A DNA stretch of 64,000 nt from Neodothiora populina (lineage: Eukaryota), in the NCBI RefSeq assembly GCF_041146345.1, contig NW_027191402.1, positions 1,116,001-1,180,000 of the forward strand, given 5' to 3'. Position numbers and translations under genes: made by a program. Shown piece after piece: positions 1 through 13,001 of the stretch (positions within the stretch are counted from its first letter, which is position 1; every line of letters begins with the position of its first letter). The notes beneath the pieces are model-generated. The model was given only the letters and a program-made list of their open reading frames with translations. It was not told the DNA's origin and did not search any database.

Positions 1-1503
1 GCAGCAAAACAGTGCTCGAAGTGGCCAGATTGAGTCCGTTACCGATGTGATAGTTGGGGCCGTCAAAGGGCAAGAACGACCACGTCGAGATCAATCCACC
101 AATGTTGCCGAACATGACGTTTGTGCCGATGGCGCTGGATCTCGCGGTGTCCGAAACAACGTTGGCGCTGACCTGCGCGTTGCAGAGGGCACCGAAGGAA
201 AAGGCGCCGCTGGCAATGATGAATGTCGCTCCGTAGCGAACCTGGGCGGTCTCGGAGGCAAGGAACATGATGTAACCGCACATCATGAGGGGCGCACTGA
301 TGATGAACAGAATCATGCGGCGGTCCATCTTCCAGCTGATGAACGGGAAGAGGACGGTGAAGAAGGCGCCGACGACGTAGGGTGGCACGGTGTACAGTTG
401 TTGCGAAATGACAGTGTTGTGTGGGTAGATGGTCCTGACGATGGTGGGCAGGAAGAAAGCAAGACCCTGGACCGTGACGTTGTCGAGAAGGAAGATGAAG
501 GCAGTGCCGAGGGTGACTGGGCTGAAAATTCCGCGCAAGAGCTTGGTTCGGTCGAACTTGTCGAGGACCTCGGTGGCTGCGACACGCTCGGACTTGACAC
601 GTGCGATTGCCAGGTCTTTCTCTTCTTGGGTCAACCACTTTGCAGTGGCAGGACGGTCGGTAAGAGTAAGGAAAGCAATGAGAGATATGACACAAGTGAT
701 GATACCCTCAATGGCAAAGATCATTCTCCATGTGTGTAGTCCACCGAAGTGAGGAATCTTGAGGATGGCGGATGCAAGGAGACCACCAAAGGCTCCGGCG
801 AGAGGCGCCATGACGATGTAAAGAGACAAGCGGAAAGCCAGCTCGCTACGTCTGTACCATCTGGAGAGGTAGTAGGCGATGCCGGGAAGCATACCAGCTT
901 CGAAGAGACCAAGAAGGAACCGGACGCCGCACATTGCTGACATGTTTGTGACAAACGCTGTGCAGATCGAGCAGATTCCGAAACCAAGAGAAATTGCAGG
1001 AATGAACCAGCCAGGGCCGAAGTATTTGCAAGCCATATTTGAGGGGATCTCGAAAAGAATGTAAGAAATGTAGAAGACGGAGAGGACGATGTTGTAATCG
1101 TAGCCTTTCAGGTGGAGGTCCTTTTCCAGACCAGCGAGTTTGGCGTTACCTGTATTCGTGTTAGATCGATACAAGATGATGGACTGCAGACAATACATAC
1201 CGACGTTTGCACGATCGATGAAACAGAAAAGGTAAAGCAGAGCGACGGTGGGGACGATGCACAAGTCGATCTTCCATCGAAGTCTAGCTTCGGCCTTGGG
1301 ATCGAAGTGAACGAGAGACACTCCATATCTGAGACGATGGTCAGCAATTGTAGTAGAAAAAGGATTGAGTAAACATACTGGTCAGTGGCAGCGATACCTC
1401 GCTCTGCGGCACCATGAGTTGTTTCTTCGGCATACTCCTTCTGGATGGCTCCGTGCTTCTCATCAGCGAAGCTGCCATTGACAGATGCTCCCATTCGGGC
1501 CAT
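1..1503 (-). CDS. MFS transporter, anion:cation symporter (Dal5/Tna1 allantoate/nicotinate permease-like); 3' end runs off the window
   Basis: ATG at 1503; GT-AG introns 1329-1378 and 1150-1200. The spliced product reads RLRWKIDLCIVPTVALLYLFCFIDRANVGNAKLAG...LFEIPSN...RFLLGLFEAG...YLSRWY...WRMIFAIEG, which are ACS-family motifs. Confidence 0.9.
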
Positions 1504-2833
1504 AGCAGCAGCGGTTGTAGGTAGTGAAATTAAAGTTGAAAGGGAAGATGAGTCTACCCCATGGGGGAGGGTGCGCCAGATTATATAGACCAATGCGGCT
1601 ACTTATCCAGGTCAGCGGGGTGGTCTCTTCTGGATTGGATCCACTTCGCATCAACGTGGCTCGGGGAGGGCGGAGAACCTATCAGGGGAGGGCAATAACA
1701 AAATCAACAACGCCTTTTTGTCGGCTGGTCGACGCTACGGAGTCAATCCTGACCATCTTCCAGGGAAGGGGGGTGGGGAAGACATCCACACCCATATCGG
1801 AAGCGCAAGCCCCTTGGCACAACAGTATCTACTTATCTTACCATGTATTCAGCTTTAATGCGGTGTACCTACAGGTATGTTCAGCCCTTCGGAAGCAGGT
1901 CGAGGCTCCAGTACATGTTCAACGTATTTCTTTGGCTTTTCTTGGCTCGCGTGCGCAAGCTGTGCGCGCCATTCCTTGAGCATCCTAATTCTCTTGGTCC
2001 TACCTTAGTTCTCCCACGCAGATTTCACTTACACTTATTGGACGATTCACGTCGCACCTAAAGTCTTTGAGCAGATACCAGCCAGTCTGTCCTCTGTTTG
2101 GACTGATGGCATTGACGCGAGTTGCACTTGTGATCAAAAGGTGTAGCTATGGATCGTGGCCGCCACCACAACAAGACAACTGTACATGGTAGGGCATTTG
2201 ACAAGAACCAATAGCGCATCTTGGCGAGCATGTAAGACCCCACAGGTTGGTTGATGCACGGACTTTCCCCACGATCCCCACAGATGTCAACCCCAGGTCT
2301 TTTTTGCAGATCGAAGATCATGGGGCTGCAGCTGGGTCCATACCCTAGCGCACAAGCGACTTGCATACAGTAGCCCCTGGGGTACCAAATTTTCGTGACT
2401 CCTTCGCTCGAACTTTGGAACGGCACTGGTGCAAAAAGATGCTCACCCCGTGCCTTTTTTTACTGAACTTACTGCCGAACTTTCCATGTGCATGTGCCGT
2501 ATCTTTTCGCTGGACCTTGGATATCTTTCCTGTCCATGCCATGGCAAGCTGCGGACTCGGCATTGCAATGAGCCAGAGTCGGATGCTGTTGATCATATTC
2601 CTTGTAGCATCGATTCCTCCGAGCTAAGACGCCGCATGCATCCGGAGAATAACTAATCGTAGACACGACACCGGCTCTGACCAACTCTACTACTCTGGTG
2701 TTATCAGCAGAATGCTGAAAACGTGGGGGTAAAATATTAGACAAAATTTGTGGGGTAAATTTGCTCACTAGCAAAACGTTGGTGACGCCGAGTATGTTGG
2801 ATAGAAATCTGTCCCCTTTTTTGTCTTTTTTGT

Positions 2834-3898
2834 ATGAGTCCACGCAGTAGCCCCCCTGGCTCCCCACTGTTCGACATAAGGGAATATGCTGCGAATGGTC
2901 GGGGAGTGTACGCTAGTCAACCAATCATATCTGGAACTCTGATCTATGAAACTTCCGAAGTAGCCGCGAAGCTCATACATCGAGAATATCGTAAGGAAGT
3001 CTGCGCTTACTGCTTCAAGTATGATGGTGGTCGCCAGTTAAAGGTCCGACACCCTGTCGCCGCAGTAGTATTTTGTAGTCTTCAATGTCTTGATGACTGG
3101 ACGAAAGAGGATGTGACTTTTTTGGAAGCTGCAGCGTTGGCCGCATTCGAGAGTCTGGGAAAGAAAGGACAACAACAGGAAATAAATACCGAGGCCGACA
3201 ACATACCACCCACAGAGAGACAAACATCAGAAGCCTGGCAAGACAGTAAAGAGGAGGCAGAACACATACGCTCAGCAAGAGCATCAAATCGACCTTCAAA
3301 AGCTAGTCGACGTGTTCTTGCGCAAACTCTTTTGCATACACCGTCTCATGATGCATTGTCATATATGCTGTCGGGACTGCTTTGCGCGGCAGAGAACCCT
3401 CGGCTATGGTCCGGTGTACTCGAGCTGGCGACAGACGATACTCCATATGTGTCGCAATTAGCTGTCCGGATCCAAATCACCAGCTATCTCCAAATGCTCG
3501 CTACACTTCCCGAAGAACTTCTTCCATTTTGCTCGCAAGATTTTTGCTTGACGCTCGCACAAAGGGGTTCTCACAACATCTTCGGCATATGGTCCCAGGA
3601 CCTTACTCTCGATGGCGTCGAAGCATCATCTGGGAGTGAATGCCTTGGCTATGGCCTTTGGCCAGCGGCGAGCTATTTTAATCATAGCTGTTCCCCAAAC
3701 ATCCGGAAGAAACGTGTAGGACGGACTTGGCAGTTCTGGGCTGCCCGGGATATCGCAATAGACGAGGAGCTGTGTATTACTTATCTTGGTGGCGATGAGA
3801 AGGAGATGAGCAGGCAAGGGAGGATTACCAAGTTGCAAGAGCAGTGGGGATTTGAGTGTGCTTGTGTACGCTGTAGTGTTAGCGGTATAAGTGTATAA
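2834..3898 (+). CDS. SET-domain lysine methyltransferase with MYND-like insert (Set6/SMYD-like)
   Basis: 354-aa ORF with GRGVYA, CxxC...FCSxxC, ASYFNHSCSPN, ELCITY and post-SET CACVRC. Confidence 0.88.
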   Translation: MSPRSSPPGSPLFDIREYAANGRGVYASQPIISGTLIYETSEVAAKLIHREYRKEVCAYCFKYDGGRQLKVRHPVAAVVFCSLQCLDDWTKEDVTFLEAAALAAFESLGKKGQQQEINTEADNIPPTERQTSEAWQDSKEEAEHIRSARASNRPSKASRRVLAQTLLHTPSHDALSYMLSGLLCAAENPRLWSGVLELATDDTPYVSQLAVRIQITSYLQMLATLPEELLPFCSQDFCLTLAQRGSHNIFGIWSQDLTLDGVEASSGSECLGYGLWPAASYFNHSCSPNIRKKRVGRTWQFWAARDIAIDEELCITYLGGDEKEMSRQGRITKLQEQWGFECACVRCSVSGISV

Positions 3899-4638
3899 CC
3901 TGCATAACGGTAGGTTCGTTAGTAATTCTTCATCCAAGTAAAACATTTCGATGACACGCGATGTGTTTTCTTACATCGATAGAGGTGTGGTTCTAAGATT
4001 TGGTAATTCTCATGGCTCTGTAGTCAAGTCTAAACATTGCTACGGAGTTCATGTAAGTTGTCAGCGGTTGCAAGCACGGACGTGTCCATATTTTTCGCAT
4101 AACTCAATATAGGACCATCCGACGTAAGCGAGCCATGTCTCACTGATCCTTCGAGGTCTTGGTCGATGCTTGTAGATGGTTGAAGGAAGTGCAGGTGTGC
4201 CAAAAACCCGTAAAGTGGCTGAGGAGATGGCGCCTTTTGCACACTCAGACGACTTTGTGTAAGCTCATTGAGCATAGATAAACCGTCAAAAGCGCTTGCA
4301 GCGCGCTGTCGCTCCACTTATTGAGATCGTCCAAATTATGTTATTCATTCCCTTTCAATCAATTAATCTGCAATACCAACGTGGTGCATGGTCCGGCTTA
4401 TATAATTATTTACTGGTTCGACAAGAAATAGACAGGGTCGCCGTCTTGCCGGACGGACGAAGCTTCGAACCTGTCCGCAGGCCCGTGCGTGTGGTGAGTG
4501 TTGCACAATCACATATAGCCGCTGCTGATAACGCACTTCTCATGAAAGTGTTGTCTATCGGCTGAGATCTGATCAGACGCGACATAAACGATGGCAGTGA
4601 GGCAGCGGACCACCATGAAGGAGGCTGAATTTGCAAGC

Positions 4639-5628
4639 ATGATTCAGTCCGGGACGATAAGGCTGGATGAGAGACCATCGTCAGGCCTTGACTATTCATA
4701 CATAGCAGGAGATGTCGAAGGAGAAACCCTGGTCATTTTTATCAACGGACTACGGCTGGATCGAAGCGGATGGGAAGGTACTATGCAGTATCTTGTCCAG
4801 CATCACTCGAAAGGAATGCTTCCTTCCTGATTGGCATACGATCGTTCCAGGCAAGGTACTTCAGGACCAAATCCGGCACTCCTTGAGAAGCAAGGTGGGT
4901 ACGACCTCAATGATGTCGTTCAGGACCTTCGTGCCTTCCTCGGCCAGTTCGTATCGTCCAAGGCTCAATTAAAAGAGGAGCGCATTGTTTTTGTCTGCAA
5001 CTCGATCGGTTGTGCCATCGCCCGTCTCTTTGCACAAACATACCCAGGGACTGTTTCTGCGTTTGTTTTTCTTGATTCGATGATGGCGAACAATGATTAT
5101 GTCTCTATGTTTCCCGATCCTGACGCGCCGGGCTTTGATGCACACTCTCTGCCAGATGGCATTACAGAACTCGACATTCGCAACGCTCGACGACTTTATG
5201 GACAGTTCTTCCATCCGACAGTACCCAATAATGAACGCCTTGATCGGTCAAACTCTGCCCAACTTTTACCTGATGCTGACCTACCCAAGCTGATCGGTCC
5301 AAATAACACAAGCCCATTACTCACGGTCGTAGGTCATGATTGGGATGTCTTTGCTGCCGAGAACAAAGTAAGTCTCATGTACTAAGACCTGCACAGAGCG
5401 CTGATCGTTCCCAAGAAAAGTTTTGGATTACCGGAAGCACTATGCCGAGAGTATATCAATCCAATCTGGCATGCATACAATAAAGGATTGGCTAAATTGA
5501 CTGAAGAACGAACATGCAAGGGCCCTGTGATCGCGACCGGCTGCGGCCACTTCATACAGCGGGATGATCCCGAGTATGTTGCGTCAGAGATAATGGAGAT
5601 AATCGACCGCATGAAGGGCATGACATGA
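4639..5628 (+). pseudogene. alpha/beta hydrolase interrupted by an in-frame TGA at 4828-4830 (nonsense allele or sequence error)
   Basis: One frame reads LVIFINGL...PS*LAYDR..QG, then nucleophile elbow CNSIG. Intron 5368-5415 leads to a last exon GCGHFIQRDDP with stop at 5628. Confidence 0.7.
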
Positions 5629-6145
5629 TCACAGGATGCATGTGTAAGCACTGCAATTATAAAGAATATTCACGACTATTTCCGACCTGAGAGAAAATTA
5701 AGGTTGTCGCAAGGTCGGGCTTCGCCGCGCTCGGAATCAGGGACCGAGGGGTGTCTTGGCCGGTCACTCCACCTCACTCATATCATCAACAAGGGTCCGT
5801 GTGTCACACCACCCGCCGTGATCTCGACGTCTCCAGACCGGGCGTCACGTCAGGTCATCACCTTTTTTCTCCTTGTCACCAGATGATAACAATAGCATTG
5901 TTGTAGATCCGCGACAATGGATCGGGCTAAGCAGAATATTGCGCTTCCAGGCTTAAATCATCTCCGTGGGGTTTACTGTAGCCATGCTCAAGGTAGGATA
6001 GTATATATTGCAAACCCCAGTTTGCCTCTCTGTCTCTATCATCACATCAATCAAGATCCAAAAGCAAAAGCCAAATACCATCCATTATTATTATTATTAT
6101 CAACAACATCGCTACCACGGCAGCCCGTTGCAACTTCACAAAAAC

Positions 6146-6402
6146 ATGCCTTCAGCTACTCCAGTCAGAGCCTTTATGCGCACCTTCACATACCGTAACG
6201 CAGCTACGGCCATGGCACACAAGCACGACAACGCGCAATTGGCACGCAAGCTCGGCAGAACAGCAGCAGTATACTTTCCATTCTACGCAGTCGTTCTGGG
6301 CTGGCCCGTAAGTTTTTAATTCTCCTCATTCCCCCACAAGACTCTCGGACTGACTTGTAATAGTTCCTCATCTCGAGCTACGGCAAGCGTTACGGCTTCT
6401 GA
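6146..6402 (+). CDS. small (66 aa) single-pass membrane protein, possibly mitochondrial
   Basis: join(6146..6307,6364..6402). Donor GTAAGT, branch CTGAC, acceptor TAG. Arg/Ala/Thr-rich acid-free N-terminus and hydrophobic segment AVYFPFYAVVLGWPFLI. Confidence 0.65.
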
Positions 6403-6797
6403 CTAGCCGGTAAACCATTACTCCAGGCAGTCGAGGGCATGGGCCCATCCGAGTCCCACGCGTACCTTGACGTCAACACCGAAAGGATCGTGCGGAACAG
6501 TCAGGGAAGATTGATGATAGAAGGAGAGGAGAGCTGAATGTTTTCTCTCATCCGCATCGAAATGACGATCGCATCCGAATGGAGTCTGGTATTGGGCGTT
6601 TTGGTTTCTTGTGGATATCATGGAGAATTGGGAGGAATACCACTTGCATTTGTCGATATAGCTTTCGCCGAGAATATAATTGTTACAATCACGAAACCGT
6701 GGCCCTTAATCTTGTGATATTCGAAAATGGACATCGATCTATGATAGCTCCGCAAAGGAAAACTAAAGAGAACAAACAAAAAGTGGTATTGGAGTCG

Positions 6798-9700
6798 TTA
6801 ATTTACTGCCCTCGCGTGCTGTTCCACAATTTCCGCACGTACTCTAGCCACCAGGCTCTGCATCTGCGGAACGAGTTCCGGGATACGGAATGGCTTGGTG
6901 ACGACGCTGTCCATACCATGATCAATAGCGACGGCGATTTGCTCGCTTCTGGCGTTTGCGGTGACAGCAATGACGGGCACATGCGATTGGAGATGACCGC
7001 TTCGTTGTAGGTTTCTGATTTGCTTGACGCAACCCAGGCCGCCCAGCACGGGCATCTCCAGGTCCATGAGTATGATTGACAATGGTATAAGATCCGAACT
7101 CCCCGTGAACTTCGGCATGGGCTCCAGGGACGCTGCTTGGAGCTTTGCGTCTTGTTTCCAGAACGTGGTTCGATGTAGGAACTCCAGAGCTTCGACTCCG
7201 TGATTCGCCAAGTGAACGGTGCAGCCGAGACGTCGCAATTGTTGTGCCATGACTCGTTGGTTGACGAGATTGTCTTCGACGATGAGAATGTGTAGTGCTT
7301 CTGTCTCTAGAACAGGAGGGGATAGCTGTTCCAGTGTCGAAGTCGCTCGCATTCTCGGAGCTTCGATGTTTCCAGACTCGGATGCTGTGCCGTCGAGAGA
7401 TGTTACACTGCCTGCTCTTGCATATGCCATTGGAGATGACAGAAGTGACGGCGTTTGTCTTCTCATGTCAGCCTGTCTAGGCCCGCTACGGACATAGCGT
7501 CTTGCCTTGACATAGAAACTAAATGTGCTTCCTTTGCCGGCTTGACTGTAGACTCCGATCTGACCTCCTTGTAGTTCTGAAAGTTCTCTGGAGATAAACA
7601 AACCAAGTCCACTGCCGCCGTATTGTTTGTAGGTCTTTGGTGAGGCTTGTTGGAAGCGATGGAACAGTAGTTTCAGCTCTTCGTCTGTCAAACCTCGACC
7701 GCTGTCCTCTACATCTATTTGGATATAGAGTTCTTCACCACTTCCCCAATCAGGAGAGAGAGTTTGGTCGGTTCGATGGGCCCTCGCTTTGATGAATGGA
7801 ATGCCGTTGCGAGATACTTCCGGACGAGTTTTCGACGCTGCGAGATATACATTTACCTCGCGCTTCTCTGCGTATTGTGTGAATTTTATTGCGTTCGTGA
7901 ATAGATTGATGACGACTTGAAGTAAACGGCTCGAATCAAGCATCACATCGTCCACGTCGAGCAGATTGTAACTTGGCGACAGGATCAAGGTTGCAGTCAC
8001 AGAGCTCCTTGCTAATTCTGCTTCGTACATCTTGAACATTTTCTCCAGTAGACTTGGCGGACAGACACGATCCGGACATATCAGAAGAAGATTACTGTCG
8101 AGTTTGGATAATGTCAAAATGTCATCGACGATGCGTTTTTGGTGTTGGGCGCATAGAATAATCGTCTGGGCTGCATCTATGACAGTGTCGATCATGTCGC
8201 CAGGGATTGTCATGGCTTCGTTGTGCGCAGGCAAGCCACCGAAGTCGAGAGAAGTCAAGATGCCATCTGCGGATTGTAAGATTGCAGATAGAGGGTTTCG
8301 CATTTCATGCGATGTCATGTCGATGAATCTAGAGAGGAGATTAGACAGGAAGTTGGGGTTGTGACACGGGAAACAAACTCACCTATCAGCTTGCTGCTTT
8401 GTTTCAAGTGCGTCCTCAAGACGTTCTGCCAGGAGACGCTCGGAGAACTTCTTCAGTGATATCTCTGTGACAAACCCTTGTACTGCAATTGGGTTCCCTT
8501 CGTCGTCCATTTCTGCTACGGCAGTACTTTGTAGCCACGTCGGTCCGGACATTTCTGTACCTGTGGCGGTATCATATGCCTTCCATGGCTTTTTGACACG
8601 ATATTCGAGGTTCATCGGAACAGCATCATAAACAAGACGAAGCCAAGCCTGCCCGACTTTCTCCTTGTCCTCGTCGGCGATACGATCAGACCAGCCCATG
8701 CCTTTGAACTGCGCGACTTCGAAATCAGATCTGGTGAAGCCATGAAGGTCGAAATATGCATCGTTCAAGTAAATCGGTTTGCCGTCAATATGCAACAGGT
8801 ACATGCCCAAGGGAGCCGTTTCGGCCAGTCTAGTGAATCGTGCCTCAGACTGTTCGTTGTGTGCTCTTTTGACGCGCAGTCTCTCGTGATCCTTGCGTTC
8901 CGAGATATCCAGGATCCAGCCTTGAATATGAATAACATCCCCGTTTTCGTCGAGCTCAGGCATGGCGTTTGCAAGAACCCACGTTTCCCCAACGATTTCT
9001 TCACCAGAAGCCGGATCCAAGTGCTTCCATGGCTTCAAGAGTCGATATTCGACAGTAAAAGGTTGTTTTGTTTCTAGACACTCAAACCATACATCGTGAA
9101 CTCGTTCTCGGTCGTCTGGATGGATCGCTTCTCTTGGATTGAGACGGGACATTTCGACTTCTTCCTTGGTTATGCCCGTGATTGACAAATAAGCATCGTT
9201 CCAGAAAACAGTTTCGCTACTTGGCGCGATTGCATACATGCCGACCGGGGCCATCTGTGACATTTTTGCGAACCTCGCCTCGACTTTCTCGGCTTCTAGT
9301 GTTGTTGCTCTTAGTTGTTGCGCCAGTGATGTTTCAATTTCTTCGAATCTCTGTCTCACACGCCTTTGCTCTTCGGGTAGAACGATGGCCGACGCGGACT
9401 TTGTGAGAATATCGCGCAAATGGTGCACAAACATGACAGCATCGTCATCGTATGGGCGACGTGGCGTGGGAGAGATGATCAGAAATGACACGGTCTTGTC
9501 CATGCTAGAAATGCTCGCCACGGGCAGGATACACACGGTCTTGGCCTTCGCTCCTTGAGCACGGCTTGGTATGGCGAAAGCAAGTTCATCTGGGAGTGTG
9601 CCGTCTCTGATTTGAAGCACGACATCCTCGCCACTTTCCCAAGCTTTTTTACAGGCGCCGACCAGTTTGCTGTCGGTGTTTTCAAGCAGTTCAAAAGAGG

Positions 9701-10982
9701 CCGGTAAAGAGTTCATTTGCACAGTAGATAGACCCACGGCGCCCTCCAATCTGTACCTGTGCGGTTCCGAATCGAGGGTGTAGAGCATTGCAAACGGAAC
9801 GTCGTCCTGACAAGCCTCCAGGCCTTCGAGGAATTCAAAGGATAGCTCATTAATATTTGTGACATTAGACACGAGTTGACTGATTCTGACGACGGCTTCT
9901 CTCCTTCTCTGTGACACGACCTGCTGCGTCATCTCGGCGAACTCGTCGAGAACACCAAGTACACGACCTTCGGGGCCGATTATCGGTACCATCTGTAGAG
10001 TCCAATGCGTCTCTTCGGAGTATCCGTGCCGATTCATGTCCAGTTCTGTTTGTGGGATCTTTGTTGATTTGCCATCCAGTTCAGCTCTTTCAACAAGATG
10101 CTTGAGAGTCGACCATGACTCGGACCAGACTTCTTCTGCTTTTGAGCCCATGGCCATGGGATGCTTCTGTCCGAAAAGCAAGGAGCATGCTTCGTTGTAT
10201 ATCATCCGGCGTTCCTCTCCCCATATGATTACTCTTGGTTCTAGATTGCTCATCACGGCAAGAATGAGCTGTCGCAACGTGTCCGACCATGTTTCGATTG
10301 CACCGATAGGCGTATCTTCCCAGGGGTATTTCAGGATTATACGTATGTGATTGGGCAATCCCGTGACATCGTACCGTGTCCAGTCTATTTGTTTTTGTCG
10401 CATGAAGTTATCTTCCGACATACTTCGACATGACGAAGCCATCGAGGGTGCGACCGACGCACGCCGCGACCCAGAGACGACATCGCTGCCGGCGTTTGAA
10501 GCCGAACGTGACAACTGAGTCAACCTCGGAACGGTGGGACCTTTGACGGATTGCGCACGCGGTCGAAACTTGATTTCAGGTGGACGAGAAAGGGCGACTT
10601 GTGGCACAGGATCGTGCCAATAAGCGCTCACCACAAGCCATCTCTGTAACGCCACCGAGGTCCAGGACCTTGCGGCGAAAGTGGGAAATGAGGTCGGATC
10701 ATCAAAGCACGTTGAGGAGATCCAGCTGGCGAAAGTGGGCTGGTCGATCTGGTGCGCCTTGAAGTGGCTTAGGAGGGCGGCGTTGCGGTAGACAACGGAA
10801 GAGTCTTCACTGTGCAGTATAAAGGTTGGTCGTGGGTCTAACGCAAGATAATCGAGCAATGCGACATGGCTGAGAGCTGGATCTTGCACGCTTGGAGACT
10901 CCGTTCGAGGGGATATCATTTCAAGACTGGCTATATCGTTATTGGTGCCATTCGCAAAGCCGAACATAGGGTTCGGCATCAT
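6798..10982 (-). CDS. hybrid sensor histidine kinase (PAS/GAF-like, HisKA, HATPase, receiver; group XI-like)
   Basis: Two long ORFs joined by intron 8329-8382 (GTGAGT...TAG). H-box TSHEMRNPL, N-box NLFTNAIKFT, G-boxes DSGRG and GGSGLGL, receiver DLEMP, PAS repeats APVGMY/APLGMY. Confidence 0.95.
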
Positions 10983-11878
10983 TGCAGTAGGAAATGGCCA
11001 AGGGAACCTGCATCGCTGGCTGAGAGAAGACGATGCGACATGTGCTACACAGTTCGTGCCAATTCGATGTTATTAGAAGATAAAGTAGGCACTAATTTGA
11101 GTCATGAATGGAACCCTTTGCTCGGATCAGCCTGGATCAATCTATACATCAGTCCAACCTGGTGCATTGGTGCCGTGATCCACACACAAAGCCTCGGCTT
11201 GACGGTCGCCGAGAGGGACTAATACCCTGCATATCGATGTCGATTATCGAGTCGTATGGGCCAACATCCTCTCTTCTTGTTCTGGCCTTTCTGTGGTTAT
11301 TGTGCCTGGCAGGGAAACGAATCTCTCGCTGGAGCATACGTGTTGGCAGTCTTCTCCATGAGCTCAGCGGTTTCACCGTTTTCAGCGCAATGTGAACTAA
11401 AATACGATTAGCAAACTTCAACAATTCATGGAGCGGAGCAACCCCCGGCCGTATGCAGAAAGATCAATACGATTGTGCACACGACCATCGCAATTTCTGG
11501 ACGACTGTGTAGCCCTACCAGTAATATGAAAAATCTTGTGAACAATTCAACAAAGCACTTCACCCAGTTTTGTGTAGAATTGGCTATTATGATCAACTTT
11601 CAAGAGGAACTCGCGCCGTGGCGCACAGCCTTAAGCCGCAGTTGCCTCTTTCCACAAAATATCTTCACATCGATAAGGTACCGAGGAGCATTATTTATTT
11701 ATTCCCGGCTATCATAAATATTGTATTGATCTACCGATTGTCGTGACTAGACCGAGCTGATATCAATCTGTTCGCCGACGAAGGCTTTCTCTCCAAGATC
11801 ATCCCACGAATCAAACCCTCGTACGAAAGATATAGACCTTTCCCCTATGTTATGCAGCCTTGGGACATATGCGAGTGA

Positions 11879-12751
11879 TCAGAATCCTCTGATGATCTGA
11901 GGATTGGCCCGATAGTGCTTGCAGGTCTTCCCATGCCGATAATTCCCGTATCGCAAAATCGATCTAAAATTGGCCAAACATAGCCAACAGAATTCATGTC
12001 TACATATCGAGCCTTTTTCGACGCAGTCAGTGAAAGATGTATAGTGTGTATTGGTCGATACGTACAAGTCATGTGGCTGCAACCAGAATTCTTTTGGATG
12101 TTGACATTGCATTTAGGACAGGCCTTGGTGATTTTCTTCACCGTGCGGGCGGTTGACTCTTCCTCGGTGTTGCGGCGCTGTCTAGCTTTGCAGCGGTCTT
12201 TGTATTGAGTGCAAGTCTCGTCTTTGTGCCAGGGTACTTCGCATGCGACGCACTGCTTATGACCACAATCTTGACATGTAAAGATGGGCGCAGTCTTGCC
12301 GTCGATGTGCAACTGACCCGAGTTACATGATGCAGAGAGACATCTGACGTACTCTTCATCTTGCTCTAGAGCTGCTCTTATAGTTTTCAGGTTGTGTCTG
12401 TACCTTGTCAGGATCTGCATCGTAATGGGGTCACAGGGTAGAATCCCTCTCCAAGGTCCTAGAATCGACCAAATTTTCAACCTCGTCCTGACTCAGAGGT
12501 TCTTGACACTGGACACATAAGATGCTGCTACCGACGAGGCCAGTACTGACCTGAGTCTCGATATGGGTGCGATAGCAGGCTCGGCAGGCGTTGTTGTTGT
12601 GCGCATGGGTGGACACTGTGCGCCTACTGGGAAACTGATTGAGTGCCTTCTCGGTTGCGCACACCTCGCATTCCCTCCTTCTCATGGCACGCTTTGTAGC
12701 AGGCGCGGCATCACCCTCACCGCCGAGACTGCGCTTTCTCTTGGTGCGCAT
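11879..12751 (-). CDS. RBR (RING1-IBR-RING2) E3 ubiquitin ligase-like protein
   Basis: CEVC...H...CRAC...CVQC; IBR CLSASC...CQDC...CVACEVPWH...C; RING2 CPKC...GCSHMTC(intron 12013-12065)SICRHEFCWLC. The first intron near 12400-12450 has no clean GT donor. Confidence 0.8.
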
Positions 12752-13001
12752 GATGTGTTGGAGACTTTCGATGAGTAGACGTAGACAGAGAGCGATGGAG
12801 GGTGAGAAAGTTCAGTACGTTGAAGTAGTCGATACAAGATGCACTTTGCAATGGTGCCCATGGTGAAAGTGTTACGCAGGGCTGACCAAGTTGTGTTCGA
12901 GCAAGCAGTGGTAAAAGTAGAGCAAGGATCATTATAGGAAGGACAGATGATTCAATTGAGGCGCATGAGCAGAGGAGGGAAGGAAATAAAGTGTAGTCTT
13001 G

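Noticed and set aside
47..739. 230-aa + strand ORF
   Set aside because: Antisense shadow of the minus-strand MFS exon.
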